Assembly: GCA_035084275.1 (NCBI GenBank)
Contig: CM068742.1
Coordinates: 682,001-746,000 of the forward strand
Source: Hydrolagus colliei
Taxonomy: Eukaryota
Length of the DNA: 64,000 nucleotides
Direction: 5' to 3'
Every line of letters starts with the position of its first letter. Position 1 is the first letter of the stretch. The notes beneath the pieces were generated by a model. That model was given only the letters and a program-made list of their open reading frames with translations. It did no database searches and was not told the origin of the DNA. Below are positions 40,540 through 53,064 of the stretch, piece after piece. Position numbers and translations under genes: made by a program.

Positions 40540-41135
40540 TCTCTGTCTGTTTATCTGTCTATCTGTCTGTCCGTCTGCCTGTCTCTATCTCTCCCCATCT
40601 CTCTTTATCTTTTTCTCTATCTGTCTATCTGTCTGTCTGTTTGTCTGCCTGTCTATCTGTCTATCTCTTTCTTTTTCTCCATCTGTCTGTCTCTCTATCT
40701 CTCCCTCCCCATCTCTAACCTCTCTCTCTATCTCTTTCTTTTTCTCTATCTGTCTGTCTTGTCTGTCTGTCTCTCTATCTCCCCACCGCCCCCCACCTCT
40801 GTAAGCTCTCTCTGGCTCTCACCCTCTCTCTTCCTATCTCTCTATCTCACCCCCTCTCTATCTCTCCCCCTCTCTCCCTCCCTCAATCTATCTCTCTATC
40901 TCTCCATCACCCCCTCCCCTCTCTCCATCACCCCCTCCCCTCTCTCCATCACCCCCTCCCCTCTCTCTGTCTCCCCCTCCCCTCTCTCCATCACCCCCTC
41001 TTCATCACCCTCCCCTCTCTCCATCATCCCCCTCCCCTCTCTCTATCTCTTCCTCTCTCTCTCTCCCTCCCTATCTCTCTCTATCTCTCCCTCTCTTCAG
41101 TTTTCTCCGTGTGTGTGTGTGTGTGTGTGTGTGTG
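40540..41135. repeat. Pyrimidine-rich low-complexity tract plus (TG)n
   Basis: (CTGT/CTAT)n, a 21-bp CTCTCTCCATCACCCCCTCCC repeat, then (TG)n. Confidence 0.9.
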
Positions 41136-41317
41136 ACATTGACATTGTCGAAGTGTGACTATACCAGCCTGGGTGAATCACGCTGTGTTGTTTTATTCAC
41201 TGTTTCCCCAAGGCCGTGCCTTACACAGGGTCCCCACTGAGGGTTAGCAGGTCTGGGTCACTATCTCCAAGCAAAGGATTGGCGGCTTATCGATCCCTCC
41301 ATCAACACTCACTTGCG

Positions 41318-41645
41318 GAGCTCCTGTAGGTAGCTCAGCGGTTAGAGCACTCGCCTTGCCAACGTGAGACCTGTGTTTCGAATCCAGGCAGGTCAGGGCG
41401 AAAACCTCTGGCAAGTTTCCTTTACTCCGCACGCCTCATAACAATCCCGCCCTCAAGAAAAAAACACAATCATAAAAATCGGTCATTTTCAATCCACAGC
41501 TGTGTGTGGGGACAATTGGCTGCCGCGTTTCTCCCACAAATATGTACAGTCAATTCACTTTACAGTATATTCTGTGAAGGGTTTGGAGATATGGATAAAA
41601 TGTGAAAAGTGCTACATCAAATGCAAGGATTATTATTATTATTAC
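41318..41645 (+). mobile_element. tRNA-derived SINE, full length
   Basis: A/B boxes, body, (ATT)n tail. Confidence 0.88.
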
Positions 41646-44010
41646 TTATATTTCACTTTCCTCCATGCCAATGGTCAAACAGCCACTTCTTTCCTCCCTC
41701 TTATTATCCCATAATCTCCCCCTTTTTAGTCTGTTCCACCAAATTCAACGTTTTCTTTACCAGGAATAGACAGATACAAATTCCACCATTTCATACGGAT
41801 GCAAATACTGTAAGCACCATCTGAAGAATGGATTATTTAGGCTGTCTGTGTTTTTATTATACCTAAACAACAAATTCAGTTTTCCTAGAAAAAAAATCAG
41901 AAAGAGAGAGAGATAAAGAGGGGTGGGGGGGGGTGAGGTGGGGGGGGGGGGGGGGGGGCAGGAGGGAATGAGTTACAGTATTTGAGGGGAGAATTGTTAA
42001 TAAACAGTGTCTGTCGGTCACTTTTTTTTAAATTAAAAAGATCTTGAATTTGCTGCAGCCGAGGAGACTTGAAAATCAAAAGGAGAATTCTTTTCCCCCA
42101 AAAGTTGAAAGCAACTTTGCTGCTTGAGTTGGGTACAAAAGGCTGTCTCTATTTGAACTAATCACGGATTATTCATATGTTGCTATTAGCATTCATTCAT
42201 TTGCTAACTTGTCACATCTCAAACACAATCTCCTTATTTTTCCTCGCTGAATACTAAACGCCAGTAACGGCCCCCCGAGTCTCATTTTTTTTTCTTCTAT
42301 TCCCCCCAAACTGGTAGGTTATGATATAGCACATTTCTTTTAGTCGTGTAGTTGGAGTCTTACATTAGACGAGAGTGGAGTAAATGGAAACCAAATTCTA
42401 GCTTTTCTCCACGCAAAAAAAGTGTCTCTAGTGTTTTCTCTCCCTGACACCTCCTCAGCCTCTGCGTCTTTGTGTTTGTTAATAATTTTTTTTATTAATA
42501 AATAAAAGATCTGGCTTTGCTAAGGAGACCGAGGTGCCAATTCGCAAATAAATACATCAATTAATAAATTAACAATGAATAAATAATTGAATGCCCATCG
42601 CCGTGATCTGTTGCACAAATGGTGGCAGTGTGCAGCGAAAGCCATCTTGCCATTCAGAAATATTGCGATGAAGTCTTCAGTTTACTTGCTAAACGTCAGG
42701 CTAATTTTACTATTGTTTTCGCCTGATTAATTCCGTCTGACCCGAAGGTCGCTCGCCCTCAGTAACCGCGTCTCTCTCTTGGAGATTTCCAATGGTCCCT
42801 CCCTCCCTCCCCCTCCGTTCAAATAGATGGAAAGTGTCTGTCATTACTCGTGCAACAAAAGCTTGCACGTTTTCAGCTAACAACTTTCCAAGGTGCCCCC
42901 CCCCCCCTCACTCCCCCCCCCCCCACCCCCGTTCACCCAAGCGCAAGAAAAACTCATTTAGTGATGCCTTGTGTTTTTTTCTATTGATAGCAACTTGTAG
43001 GGTTGACTGATGTCAAGTTTGTCAGGTGCTGGATAGCTTTGGCTGCCACTCGCTTTTTCAGCCTTGGTATGGTGACTCTATCAGTGTTAACAGGCTGTGT
43101 TCGCCTGAGCTCTCGCCTGAACTGATAACCTTCATGGGGGCGAACCCTTTCAACTTCACATCAACGAATGCATTCCCGATAACCTTTTTTTTAAAAGTAC
43201 TCACTCACTCACTCACTCACTCACTCACTCGCATTGCACATCTTTACCAAGACACTTTAACTCTTTAACGTCAACCCTTTTGTTGTTCCTATCATTGCCT
43301 GCAAGCTGCATTGGAGCAATAGAGCAATAGACTGCACAAGCAAATTGAATTAGAGTGTCCCTCCCTCCCCCCACCCCCCCCCCCTCAAAAAAATAAAAAA
43401 TCTGATAAGGACAGTCTGTGTTGCTCTGTTGTTGGAGGAGGTTCTGGAGACATATTAAAACTATTGGACTGAAGACCACAGTAGACAGACAGTTGACAAG
43501 AAAACTGGAAAAACTTGACAGGCTCCAGTTTTTTTGGGGGGGGAAGGGGAAATAGGGGAGAAATATTGAACAGAATAAAAACATCAACGAAGGTTAAGAA
43601 GGATTGTCAATTCATGCAAAAAAAATCATGCATTTAACTCCCATTTTAAAAAAAACACAGGTCAAGTAATGCACTATATTCCTTGTAAACTGGTGGACTT
43701 GTGTGTCAAGGTGGAGAACTCTGGATTATCGAAGTTATTCACGGTGCTGTCTGTTACAATCCAATATAATTTGAAGGATATCATCTGATAATGATAAGAC
43801 GCGACCTGGAATCACTCTCGTTTGCGTGTTAGGGTTGTTCAAACACGATATTTGGTGTAGCCACAGATACATGTTCCCAGCACTGTGGTGTGCTACTGTC
43901 ACCCACCCACCCTCCCTCCCTCCATGTAGCTATCATGATAACTTCAGTGTTATCCTCAGTCTGGGATAGATGTTGAAGAGGTTGATTTTGTAAAATAGGC
44001 TGAGACCATC

Positions 44011-44335
44011 GGGATTTCCTGTAGCTCAGTGGTCAGAGCACTCGCCTTACAGGCGTGAGACTTGTGTTCAAATCCAGGCAGGTCAGGGTGAAACCTTGGG
44101 CAAGTTTCCTTACTCCACACGCCTGATAATATTCCCTCCAAAAAAACACAATAATAAAATTGGTCATTTCAATCCACGACTGTTTGTGTGGGGGACACTG
44201 CTGTGCACAATTGGCTGCCGCGTTTCGCCCACAAATATACAGTCAATTCACTTTACAGTATATTCTGTGAAACGCTTTGAGACGTCTAGAAGACGTGAAA
44301 AGCGCTATATCAAATGCAAGGATTATTATTATTAT
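44011..44335 (+). mobile_element. tRNA-derived SINE, full length, close to consensus
   Basis: TCCTGTAGCTCAGTGGTCAGAGC...GTTCAAATCC...TGTGAAACGCTTTGAGACGTC...AAATGCAAGGATTATTATT. Confidence 0.92.
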
Positions 44336-45285
44336 ATCGGAGAGGTCATGGCTGCGTAAATTAATACCTTCCTCATCAAAACATTTGAGACCATTTACTT
44401 GGGTAAAATGACTTACTGAATGCAAACTGACCTTTTTCTTATCCGGATCACTTCAATCCACATAGATACTGCAACGTTTCTTCGGGGGTACATCCAGACG
44501 GATATTTATAATCTGTAATCGATTTTTACCTCTTCTCTCCTTATTTGATGTATTGATTTGCGATCTGTATTTCTATTTAATCATCTAGCAATCGGATCTA
44601 TATACATCGTTATATTTGTGTTTCTGTCTCACTGTGTATGTACTGTACCTGGGTTCCACATTTCAAATGCAACCAATATAGACATCTACAAGCAGACTAA
44701 TACATCAATGGACATGTGAAGTCCCATTGCTTTGTGATCAAGTTATTATTGTGACCCTCACCCTCGGTTATAGCTAAATATTTTCTATCCTCTTGTTGAG
44801 ACAATTTAGCAATTACACACAGTAATCATCCATTAAGATACCAACCTATTCAACATCAAGGGAGGAATTCACTGGATTGGTGTAATAGTAAGACTGAGTA
44901 GTAATAGTTTGGGAATGTTAATTTCTGACCTTCGATTATTCGGGATATAAATTCTTTTATTTAAATTTTTATTGCAATTCATTGAAGGGCAAGAGGGCAA
45001 ATGCAAACCATATTGTGATTAGATTTCTGAAGAAGGAAGTTATTCCACTGAGATTGATGTAAATAATCCTTATATTTGTTCAATTGTGGTCCCTTTCAAG
45101 TCAAGAGGACATCTCAAATCTCTCTACGGAGTGTACTTCACTGCAAAGTACAATTATGGTGTGTTTTACAGGCTATGAAATGAAGCCTCTTGTGCTATGA
45201 AATGAAGGTTTGCTGCTCAGTGGTTTACTGCAGTTGAGGTGAGGAAAGGGAAATGAGTTCCTGTACTTGTTTGCTTTGGTTACAG

Positions 45286-45409
45286 GAAGGGTGTTTCCAG
45301 CCTGTTTGAGGATAAATCAGGAATCCTATCCAGGCGACACACACTACATGAGAACCAGTCCTCAGCTCACTTTGATGAGGACAGTGAACACGGCAGGAGC
45401 CCAGGGCAG
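45286..45409 (+). CDS. EFCAB6-like exon 13
   Basis: TTACAG|; KGVSSLFEDKSGILSRRH...EHGRSPGQ; |GTACAC; phase 2->0, which bridges exons 12 and 14. Confidence 0.72.
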
Positions 45410-45922
45410 GTACACTGTGTTAAAGTGGCTTCAATAAAACACTATCTTACCGGCTGGTGAATATACGTGGTGTGTGGTTGGGTGAAGCAAATTATTTTCT
45501 TACCCGTTCTTTCTCGATCATTAATTGACGATTTCGGTCCTAATTTACGCCATATAACGGCCTTTTTTTTAAAAAAAATAATAAAACCAAACAAATTTAA
45601 AGGTTGCATTTAAAGGCTCCTGATCCCGTGTCTATTTTGACATTCATGCAACGACTGTAAGCTGTTGTGTAATAGTAACAGTATTTGGTAAGCTATAGCT
45701 TGGTGATGTGTAAAGTCAGTGGGCAGTTGAACCCAATTGACGTGTGTGTAGGTAGTTTTGTCAATGACAAAACGTTGGCTGCAGTAAGCAAATAAAACAG
45801 TGGACCTTTTGTTGTTAACATTGCACTTGCTTGAGATGTTGTACATTTCAGGAGCGTTGGAGATAATGTACATGTTGTAAACGTATGTGGCCAAGAAACT
45901 CCCTTTTCTGTATCCTGGGCAG

Positions 45923-46047
45923 CTTTTCGGGATAATTAAAACCCTGTTAAACAAGCAATACCAAGAGGTGGAGAGACAGTTTGAAGAATTGGACGAGATT
46001 AATTCACGGCGCCTCAACCACGAAACCATGTACCGGCTTCTGAAACG
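45923..46047 (+). CDS. EFCAB6-like exon 14
   Basis: GGGCAG|; LFGIIKTLLNKQYQEVERQFEELDEINSRRLNHETMYRLLK(R); |GTAAAT; phase 0->2. Confidence 0.83.
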
Positions 46048-46272
46048 GTAAATCTCTGCTTCAGCTGGGGATCTGGGAATCTGGTGTTGGAGGAGAGAAA
46101 GCCCAGAGAGAGAAACATTATCAAATGCAAGGATTATTATTATTATTATTATTATTGTTAGATCAGGGTAATACTCAAACTGTGGTTAACACTGAACTAC
46201 AGGTTCAATTCAATGGTTATCAAAAGGTCCGGTCTTGTTATAAAGTCTTGCCTCCTCTGTTTGCTCTCCCAG

Positions 46273-46516
46273 GTTTAAGGTTTGGCCAGAGGTAACTCGA
46301 GGTGAAATCCGCAGACTGTGGGAAACGCTGATCACCAACCAAGACAAAACCTTGGATTTCCTCGAGTTTGTGAGGCATTTCGGCTACTCTCCCAAATCCG
46401 CCTGTTTTCCCAACGCCAAGATCAGCCCACCCAGGAAAGGAGACAGCGACTTAAGGATGTGCTCAAAAAACCTTAACTGCGCCTCGGATATAATAGTGGA
46501 CAGCGTCCGTGCACAG
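46273..46516 (+). CDS. EFCAB6-like exon 15
   Basis: CTCCCAG|; FKVWPEVTRGEIRRLWETLITNQDKTLDFLEFVRHF...IVDSVRAQ; |GTGAGA; phase 2->0. Confidence 0.88.
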
Positions 46517-46622
46517 GTGAGAGCTTTGCTAGTCGTGTCACATAAAACTCGTCAACCTCAGATTGTCGGTTGTACCCTGTGGCTAATGCTGACATTGTTG
46601 GTTTGACTTTTATCACTTCCAG

Positions 46623-46795
46623 GTTGACTACATGTGGGAGGACCTCAGCAAAGAGTTTCAGCAGCTTGACCCCTACCACACAGGCTTTGTCAGCCAAGAA
46701 GAGTTTAAAGATATTTTGACAGAGCTCTGTGTGCATTTAAATGAATACGAGTGCGGGGAACTGGCAAAGAAATTCGAAATCAATGGGGATGGTCG
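46623..46795 (+). CDS. EFCAB6-like exon 16
   Basis: TTCCAG|; VDYMWEDLSKEFQQLDPYHTGFVSQEEFKDILTELCVHLNEYECGELAKKFEINGDG(R); |GTAAGG; phase 0->2. Confidence 0.9.
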
Positions 46796-47315
46796 GTAAG
46801 GTCAAATACTTCACTTTCTCTGGTGGCTGAATTGCGTCGTCTAGCTCTGGGGAGGGGGGCGGGGGGAGAGAGAGAGAGAGAGAGAGAAAGCACACAGCCA
46901 CTGGAATGCTTAGTCTTTTGCATGCATTTTTTGTCGAGTTACCCAGGAAATTAAACATTGCATTGACAATTACATTGACAAGGTTAAGTAAGGCCGGACC
47001 GACAGTGATGTGAACATGTCAAACGTGAACCAACACTGAGATACGAACGTTTTGGGAACAGCCGGCAAATTACATCCCACCGAAGCTTAATTGACAACTA
47101 ATTGAGTATACGGCCTGTATTGCAGGGAAACTCACTTGCAGGGGTGTCACTGGGGTATGAAGATGGAGTGCTTTAAAACTAAAATGTATGATTTCTTTTA
47201 TTTACTGAGAATAATCTGATGCATCGACGTTGAGTCCAGTTTACCAGACATTCCCAGATACAGTATAACTAGTCTTTAGGCAGCGCCCCCTTCTGGATTT
47301 AATGAGAGTATTGTA

Positions 47316-49682
47316 CAGGTATCCCGCCCCGTCAACCTCGGCCTCGTCAACCACGAAACTCGCGCATCCGCGGTTTGCTAAAGGCGACAACCCTCGCAAA
47401 CTGCGTTTTGCGTTTTGCGCATCCGCGATTTAAATCCGCGGGTTTAAATTTTCAAGTTTCACTCTTCCAAACAAGGGACCACATTCATCCGCGTATTAAG
47501 TGTGTAATCGTCCACTCTGCGCTTCCCACCTCTCAGCGTCATTACTACCCCACGTAGTCCAGCTGCACCCGTGGATCTACAGGTACCGTGTGTGCGCGGA
47601 CATCGTCCCGTCGCTGCACATTCTGCTTTTTATTATTCGTCAGTTTAGCACCTAATTCTGGCCCCTCAATGTATTAGCAGGTGGCAAAAGTAAATCTGCT
47701 GCTAAAAGGGCAAGGAATGTGCTCACTTTAGACAAGAAGCTAGACGTCCTCAATAGACTCGCACGTGTGAAAGTGCCACGTCGGTTGGACGACAAATGGG
47801 GGTTAACGAGTCCACCATCGGAACCATAGGAAAATGTGAGGCATCGATAGGGGCTGGTATTGTGGGTGGTTCTGCAAACAGTGCAAAATTGCCTTGTATG
47901 CCGCGTGACCCTAAGCTGGAACAAATAGAGAAGGCGCTGAATGTCTGTATAGAAAACCAGAACCAGAGAAAAGCGATTGTCAACTGCATTTGGTTACGTA
48001 AGAAGGCGCTTGGTATCTACAAGCATCTCACTGTGGCTGCCGGAGAAAGCATCGATGACATCGATGGTTTAAAGCCAGTTAGGGCTGGGTGGGAAATTTT
48101 AAGAGGAGGTTCTCCTTGACTAACCTCAAGGTTCAGGGGGAATCGGCCTCAGCCGATCACGAGGTCAAACTGCCAAGTTCCCGGAAGAGCTGAAGGAGCT
48201 GATCGCGGAGGAGGGTGACCTGCCGGAGCAGGAGTTTAATGCGGATGAGACTGGTCTTTTCTGGAAGCGGATGTCTTCCCGAACTTTCGTTGCGAAGGCT
48301 GAGAAGCGAGCTTCAGGATTTGTGGGTGGCCAAGGATAGGGTGACCCTTCTCCTTTGTGAGAACACCGAGGGTGGGGGGGGTGGGGGAGCTGTGTAGTGA
48401 AGCCGATGCTTCTTCTCTCCCGCTCTCTGAATCCCCGTCCTCTGAAGGGCGAGAGCAAACAACTGTCTCCCTGTGTTTTGGCGTTCTAACCGCAAGGCGA
48501 GGGTTCCTGAGGCAGCCCTCGTGGACTGGTTTCATCACTGCTTTGTAACAAAGCGGAGAAAAAATCTGGCCTTCAGGTCCTACTCATCCTCGACGATGCA
48601 CCCGACCACCCCCACACACTCACATTGGCCCACCCTCATATTGAGGATTCAACCCATGGATCGAGGTGTGATAGCCACCTTCAGGGCATACTATGTACAA
48701 CGCACCTTTGATCGCACGATACAGGCGATGAAGGATGACGCGACACTGACGTTGTCAACGTGTTGGAAGGATTCCACCGCCGCTGACTGCATCACCAACA
48801 TATAGGAATCGATGGATGAACTGAGGAAGACGACACGCACCGCCTGCTGGGGTAAACTGTGGGAGGAGGCAAGTGAGTGACCTATGAGGCGTCCCTACAT
48901 TTGACGCTGAAGTTCAGCGCATTGTCGAGGTTGCTCAGCGTTTGGGAGGCGAGGGGCTGTCCCGACATGCAGCCTGGTGACATCGAGGATCTCCTCAAGT
49001 CGCACAGCGAGGAGTTGAAGGAGGAGGAGGAGGACCTTAATGAGCTAATACAGTCTGGTGAGGCAGTGGACGAGGATTTAGTGGAGAAGCCGAGGATGAC
49101 AAGTGCCAACCTTAGCAAAGGCAATGCTCCTTGCTAATAAACTCTCAGACACCTTTATGGAGATTGACCCATTCATGGAGCTTAGCTTAAAATCCAAGCG
49201 AGGTTTGGAGGATTTAATGAGACCGTACAAGCAGGTCCTGAAAGATATGCGGAACAAAATGGGTCAACCACCCATCTCACAATTCTTTAATAAACCGCCC
49301 ACCACTGATGAGCCAGTTGCATCAACCAGCCACGATATGGCTTCTCCACATCCATCCACCTCACACTCGTCGGTGGTTTATGTTGTGGATGAGGAGGAAG
49401 AGGAAGAGGAGGATGAACATTAACGTTCAGGTTGATGATTACCTAGACAAGTGCTGGATTCATGGTTTGCATCATTATCATTACGATTTGGGATTTTGGT
49501 TAATAAATGTACGTATGTTTGTTATAACTGTGTCTGTGTGTTTTTTGTGTTTAGTTTTATGGAACGTGAACTTACTCCCCCATCCCCATGTTTCCCATAG
49601 GGCCCAGCATTTCCCAACCACGATCTTACCAACCGCGGAGGTTTATAGGAACGTATCCCCTGCGGTTGGGGAGGGACACCTG
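47316..49682 (+). mobile_element. Full-length decayed Tigger/pogo (Tc1-mariner) DNA transposon in EFCAB6-like intron 16
   Basis: Left end TA|CAGGTATCCCGCCCC; right end GGGGAGGGACACCTG|TG. The frameshifted transposase has HTH regions (RNVLTLDKKLDVLNRL; KLEQIEKALNV), NADETGLFWKRM, AKDRVTLLLC, LLILDDAP, IQPMDRGVIATFRAYY and an acidic tail. Confidence 0.9.
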
Positions 49683-50074
49683 TGTATAATTATATATGGA
49701 CTAGAGAACAATCAGGAGAAATTCCAATTTGTCTTTTGAATTTTGTAAGATCTCTTGCCATTATTATTTTTCCAGATCTGATTTAATAATGATGAATCTT
49801 CCATATGATGCAGCACCTTACCAGATCATTGAGATATCTCAAAGTGCAGAAGCAGAATATATTGTAAAGTCTGTGTATTTTGCTATTCCCAGTGCCTCAG
49901 GACGTCCGCCCAGCGTTAAAGGCACTTTACAAATGATATTTATTGTTGCTATTGTTATTTGAATTAAGGTATAAGATTATTACACATAATGGTGTTGGTG
50001 TAGATTTCTGGAGCAACATTCCTTAAACACTGAAAACACCTATTTTTTGTGTGGTATTCTGAATATACCTTAAT

Positions 50075-50225
50075 ATACCTTGGTCCACGCCTTTGTCACC
50101 TCTCGGCTGGACTATTACAACGCCCTCCTCTCCGGTCTCCCCTCCTCCACAATCCACAAAATCCAGCTAATCCAAAACTCTGCATACTCACCCGCTCCAA
50201 ACTTCACTCCCCCATCACCCCAGTG
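50075..50225 (+). mobile_element. L2 LINE fragment
   Basis: [35 protein letters not shown]. Confidence 0.75.
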
Positions 50226-51361
50226 GTAATATTTAGGTACATTTTACATTTCTTTCAAGTTAACCAAGAAAGTATATGCCAGGCAGAATCTGGGTATATT
50301 TGGATTTGAGGAATGCTGAGATATCTCAGCTTCAAGATAAATCATAAACATGCAGGTCTAGTCACTGTGGTAATTATAACATTGTCTGTCCGGTCTATGG
50401 TAGTGATTACACTTCTCCCAAACACTAACCTTTCCCATTGGGTGTTTCTAAATGCTTCAGTTTCCCCATTAATCATTGTGTCCCTTTACACCAACTTCAA
50501 ATGAAAATCTCAGAAATAACTTGAATACAGTACAAGTTTCAGAAAAAAAGTTTTGTTTAATTAATAAAGGAATCACACTGCAGGGAATGTAATAATAATA
50601 TCTGGGATGACAATTTTCATTTCAGAGGGAATGACTCAATCTGCTTTAGAGGATTACTTTAAAGTATGTTTTGTGGCTAACATGACAGTAGAAATATATA
50701 CAGTATTATATCTTTAATGGAGCATATGAACAAATAATCTACAATTGGTGATCAGTGTAAAAAAGGACAGTGAAATTATTTCAACTTCAATTTGTTGAAA
50801 AACGTTTTATTAAATAGAAAATGAATTCCAATCCTCAAAAGGATCTTGAAGTAGGATTGGAAACTCGAACCGTGTTTTAGTCACTTCCCATCCACCCCTC
50901 TCAGGTCTCCCCCAGCTCTGAGCAACTGAATGGCACTACAGGTATATATGGTTTGCAGTCGTGCTGCAAATCTGCAGATTGAAGATGAGAAATGTTGAGA
51001 TCTTTGTAAGTCAGAACCCCAAAATGATTACCACAAACAAATGCAAAACAAAAGAATCTCCAGAATTGTACATTGCAAGGAAAGTAGGAAACGTTGTTGT
51101 TTATATTAAAGTTCAGTTTAATCAGCAGAATGTTATTGTCATGGGGGCTGCTCGGAATTGAATGCCATTGTCAAAATTCCAGTGAATTACGATAATAATA
51201 AATTACATTATTTATTTGGGGCTGAAACACGGTATTTAAATGCAGATATAAAGTACGTGAAAATAACGTTATATCAAATGCAAAGTACGGACAATGTGAC
51301 TGGTAGCAAGCGCTCTACAGTACTTAGCGTGTTTTTTTTTGTTCCTTAATTTTGTGGTCAG

Positions 51362-51530
51362 GGTTTCTTACGTTGAGTTCTTGAAGCCGTTTGCGACGCG
51401 CCGACAATCGTGGCGCGAGGGGAGCAACATGATAGCGGTAATGCAGCATCCTCAGGCTCGGTCGACGATACAGCCGCCTGGATCTCAGAAGATAGGACTG
51501 CACAGTGTGACAGCAAGGCTTCGACGTCAG
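51362..51530 (+). CDS. EFCAB6-like exon 17
   Basis: GGTCAG|; VSYVEFLKPFATRRQSW...HSVTARLRRQ; |GTAATC; phase 2->0; completes the EF loop EINGDGRVSYVE. Confidence 0.87.
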
Positions 51531-52292
51531 GTAATCTGACACAGAGGCACGGTAACCTTCGTGACAACAATAGCATCAGATAGTTAGATTTGTCACACAT
51601 TCACAAACTAAATTGCACATTTAACTCACAGATAAGAAGGCGACTTCATTGATTAGATAGATTTATTTTAGGAAGTAATACCTTGGGATGCAGTAATAGT
51701 TTAGGACATGATACTGTACGTGCTTGTAACTCACAGGTGGGTGAAAGGCGAACTGGGTGGATCTTGCTCTTCTCTAGTCTTAGTGAGTCTTGTCTTCTTA
51801 TTCATTAGAATGGAATATCGCAAACGGCATCAATTCTGAACGGATTGCGCGTTGCGAATTTACATCATCGATTTTTTAAATTGCCAAACTTAATCTGGGG
51901 GGGTGGGGGGGGAAACGGTTAAAAAGAAAAAAAAAGAAAACATGTTTTTGCAAGTGAGGCATTTCAATCTCATTAAACACATTTATAAACACCTTTTTTT
52001 TTCCACAAAAAGAAACAGAGAACAAGTACCCATTTTATAAAGTTAATGTCTTTTTAAAATGTTCTTTGGGGATATGTTTTGGTTTTATTTGGCACTGTCT
52101 CTCGATACTTTCCGAGGAACAAGGGCTGAAGTTTTGCAACCATTCTACGCGTGCAAATAACTGAGCGCTCCTTCACGCCTATCGTGTGCAGAAAACATTG
52201 CAAAAAGTGCAGAGTTGGCACCTGTGATTGAAGCCTGGCACGTCCTGGAATGTTGCTGCAAGTTAGTTTGATCTCTATAGGAATCTCTATAA

Positions 52293-52977
52293 ATAATAAT
52301 AATAATCCTTGAATTTGATAGAGCTCTTTTCACATCTTCTAGACGTCTCGAAGCGCTTCACAGAATATGCTGTCAAGTGAATTGACCGTGGCTTAGTGGT
52401 TGTCTTGCAAGCTGGGGAGTCCAAGCTGGGGAAACCTGTGTTCGAATCCAGGCAGGTCAGGGCGAAACTTTGGGCAAGTTTCCTTACTCCACACGCCTAA
52501 TAATAATCCCTCCAAAAAAACCACAATAATAAAATTGGTCATTTCAATCCACGACTGTGTGTGGGGGGCACACTGCTGTGTGCAATTGGCTGCCGTGTTT
52601 CGCCCACAAATATATACAGTCAATTCACTTTACAGTATATTCTGTGAAGTGCTTTGAGATGTCGATAAGATGTGAAAAGCGCTATAGCAAATGCAAGGAT
52701 TATTATTATTATTCTTATTTGTGGGCGAAACGCGGCAGCCGATTGCGCGCGGCAGCCGATTGCGCACAGCAGCGTCCCCAGAAACAGTCGTGGATTGAAA
52801 ATGACCCATTTTATTATTGTGGGTTTTTTGGGGTGGGGAGGGATTATTATTAGGTGCGTGGAGTAAGGAAACTCGCCCCAAGGTTTCGCCCTGACCTGCC
52901 TGGATTTGAACACGCTTGTAAAACAAGTGTCTCAGGCTTGTAAGGCGAGTGCTCTAACCCCTGAGCTACAGGACTCC
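52293..52977. mobile_element. Nested SINEs: a + copy (about 52388-52712) inside a - copy
   Basis: The minus-strand SINE is interrupted at GTGAATTGAC|...|ATTTGTGGGCGAAACG by a complete plus-strand copy. Confidence 0.85.
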
Positions 52978-53064
52978 TTTGGGCAATCGGGTTAAAGTGT
53001 GTGTGCAACTATCCAAATGGTTTTTACCTGCAATTGAACTCCGGTTTTCCCTTGTGTCCTACAG

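Noticed and set aside
44011-44085. tRNA genes (A/B boxes here and at many other sites)
   Set aside because: They continue into the SINE body and tail with no proper acceptor stem or terminator; they are SINE heads.
47660-49423. Domesticated TIGD/CENP-B-like gene
   Set aside because: Multiple frameshifts, stops and deletions with TIRs retained; this is a dead transposon.
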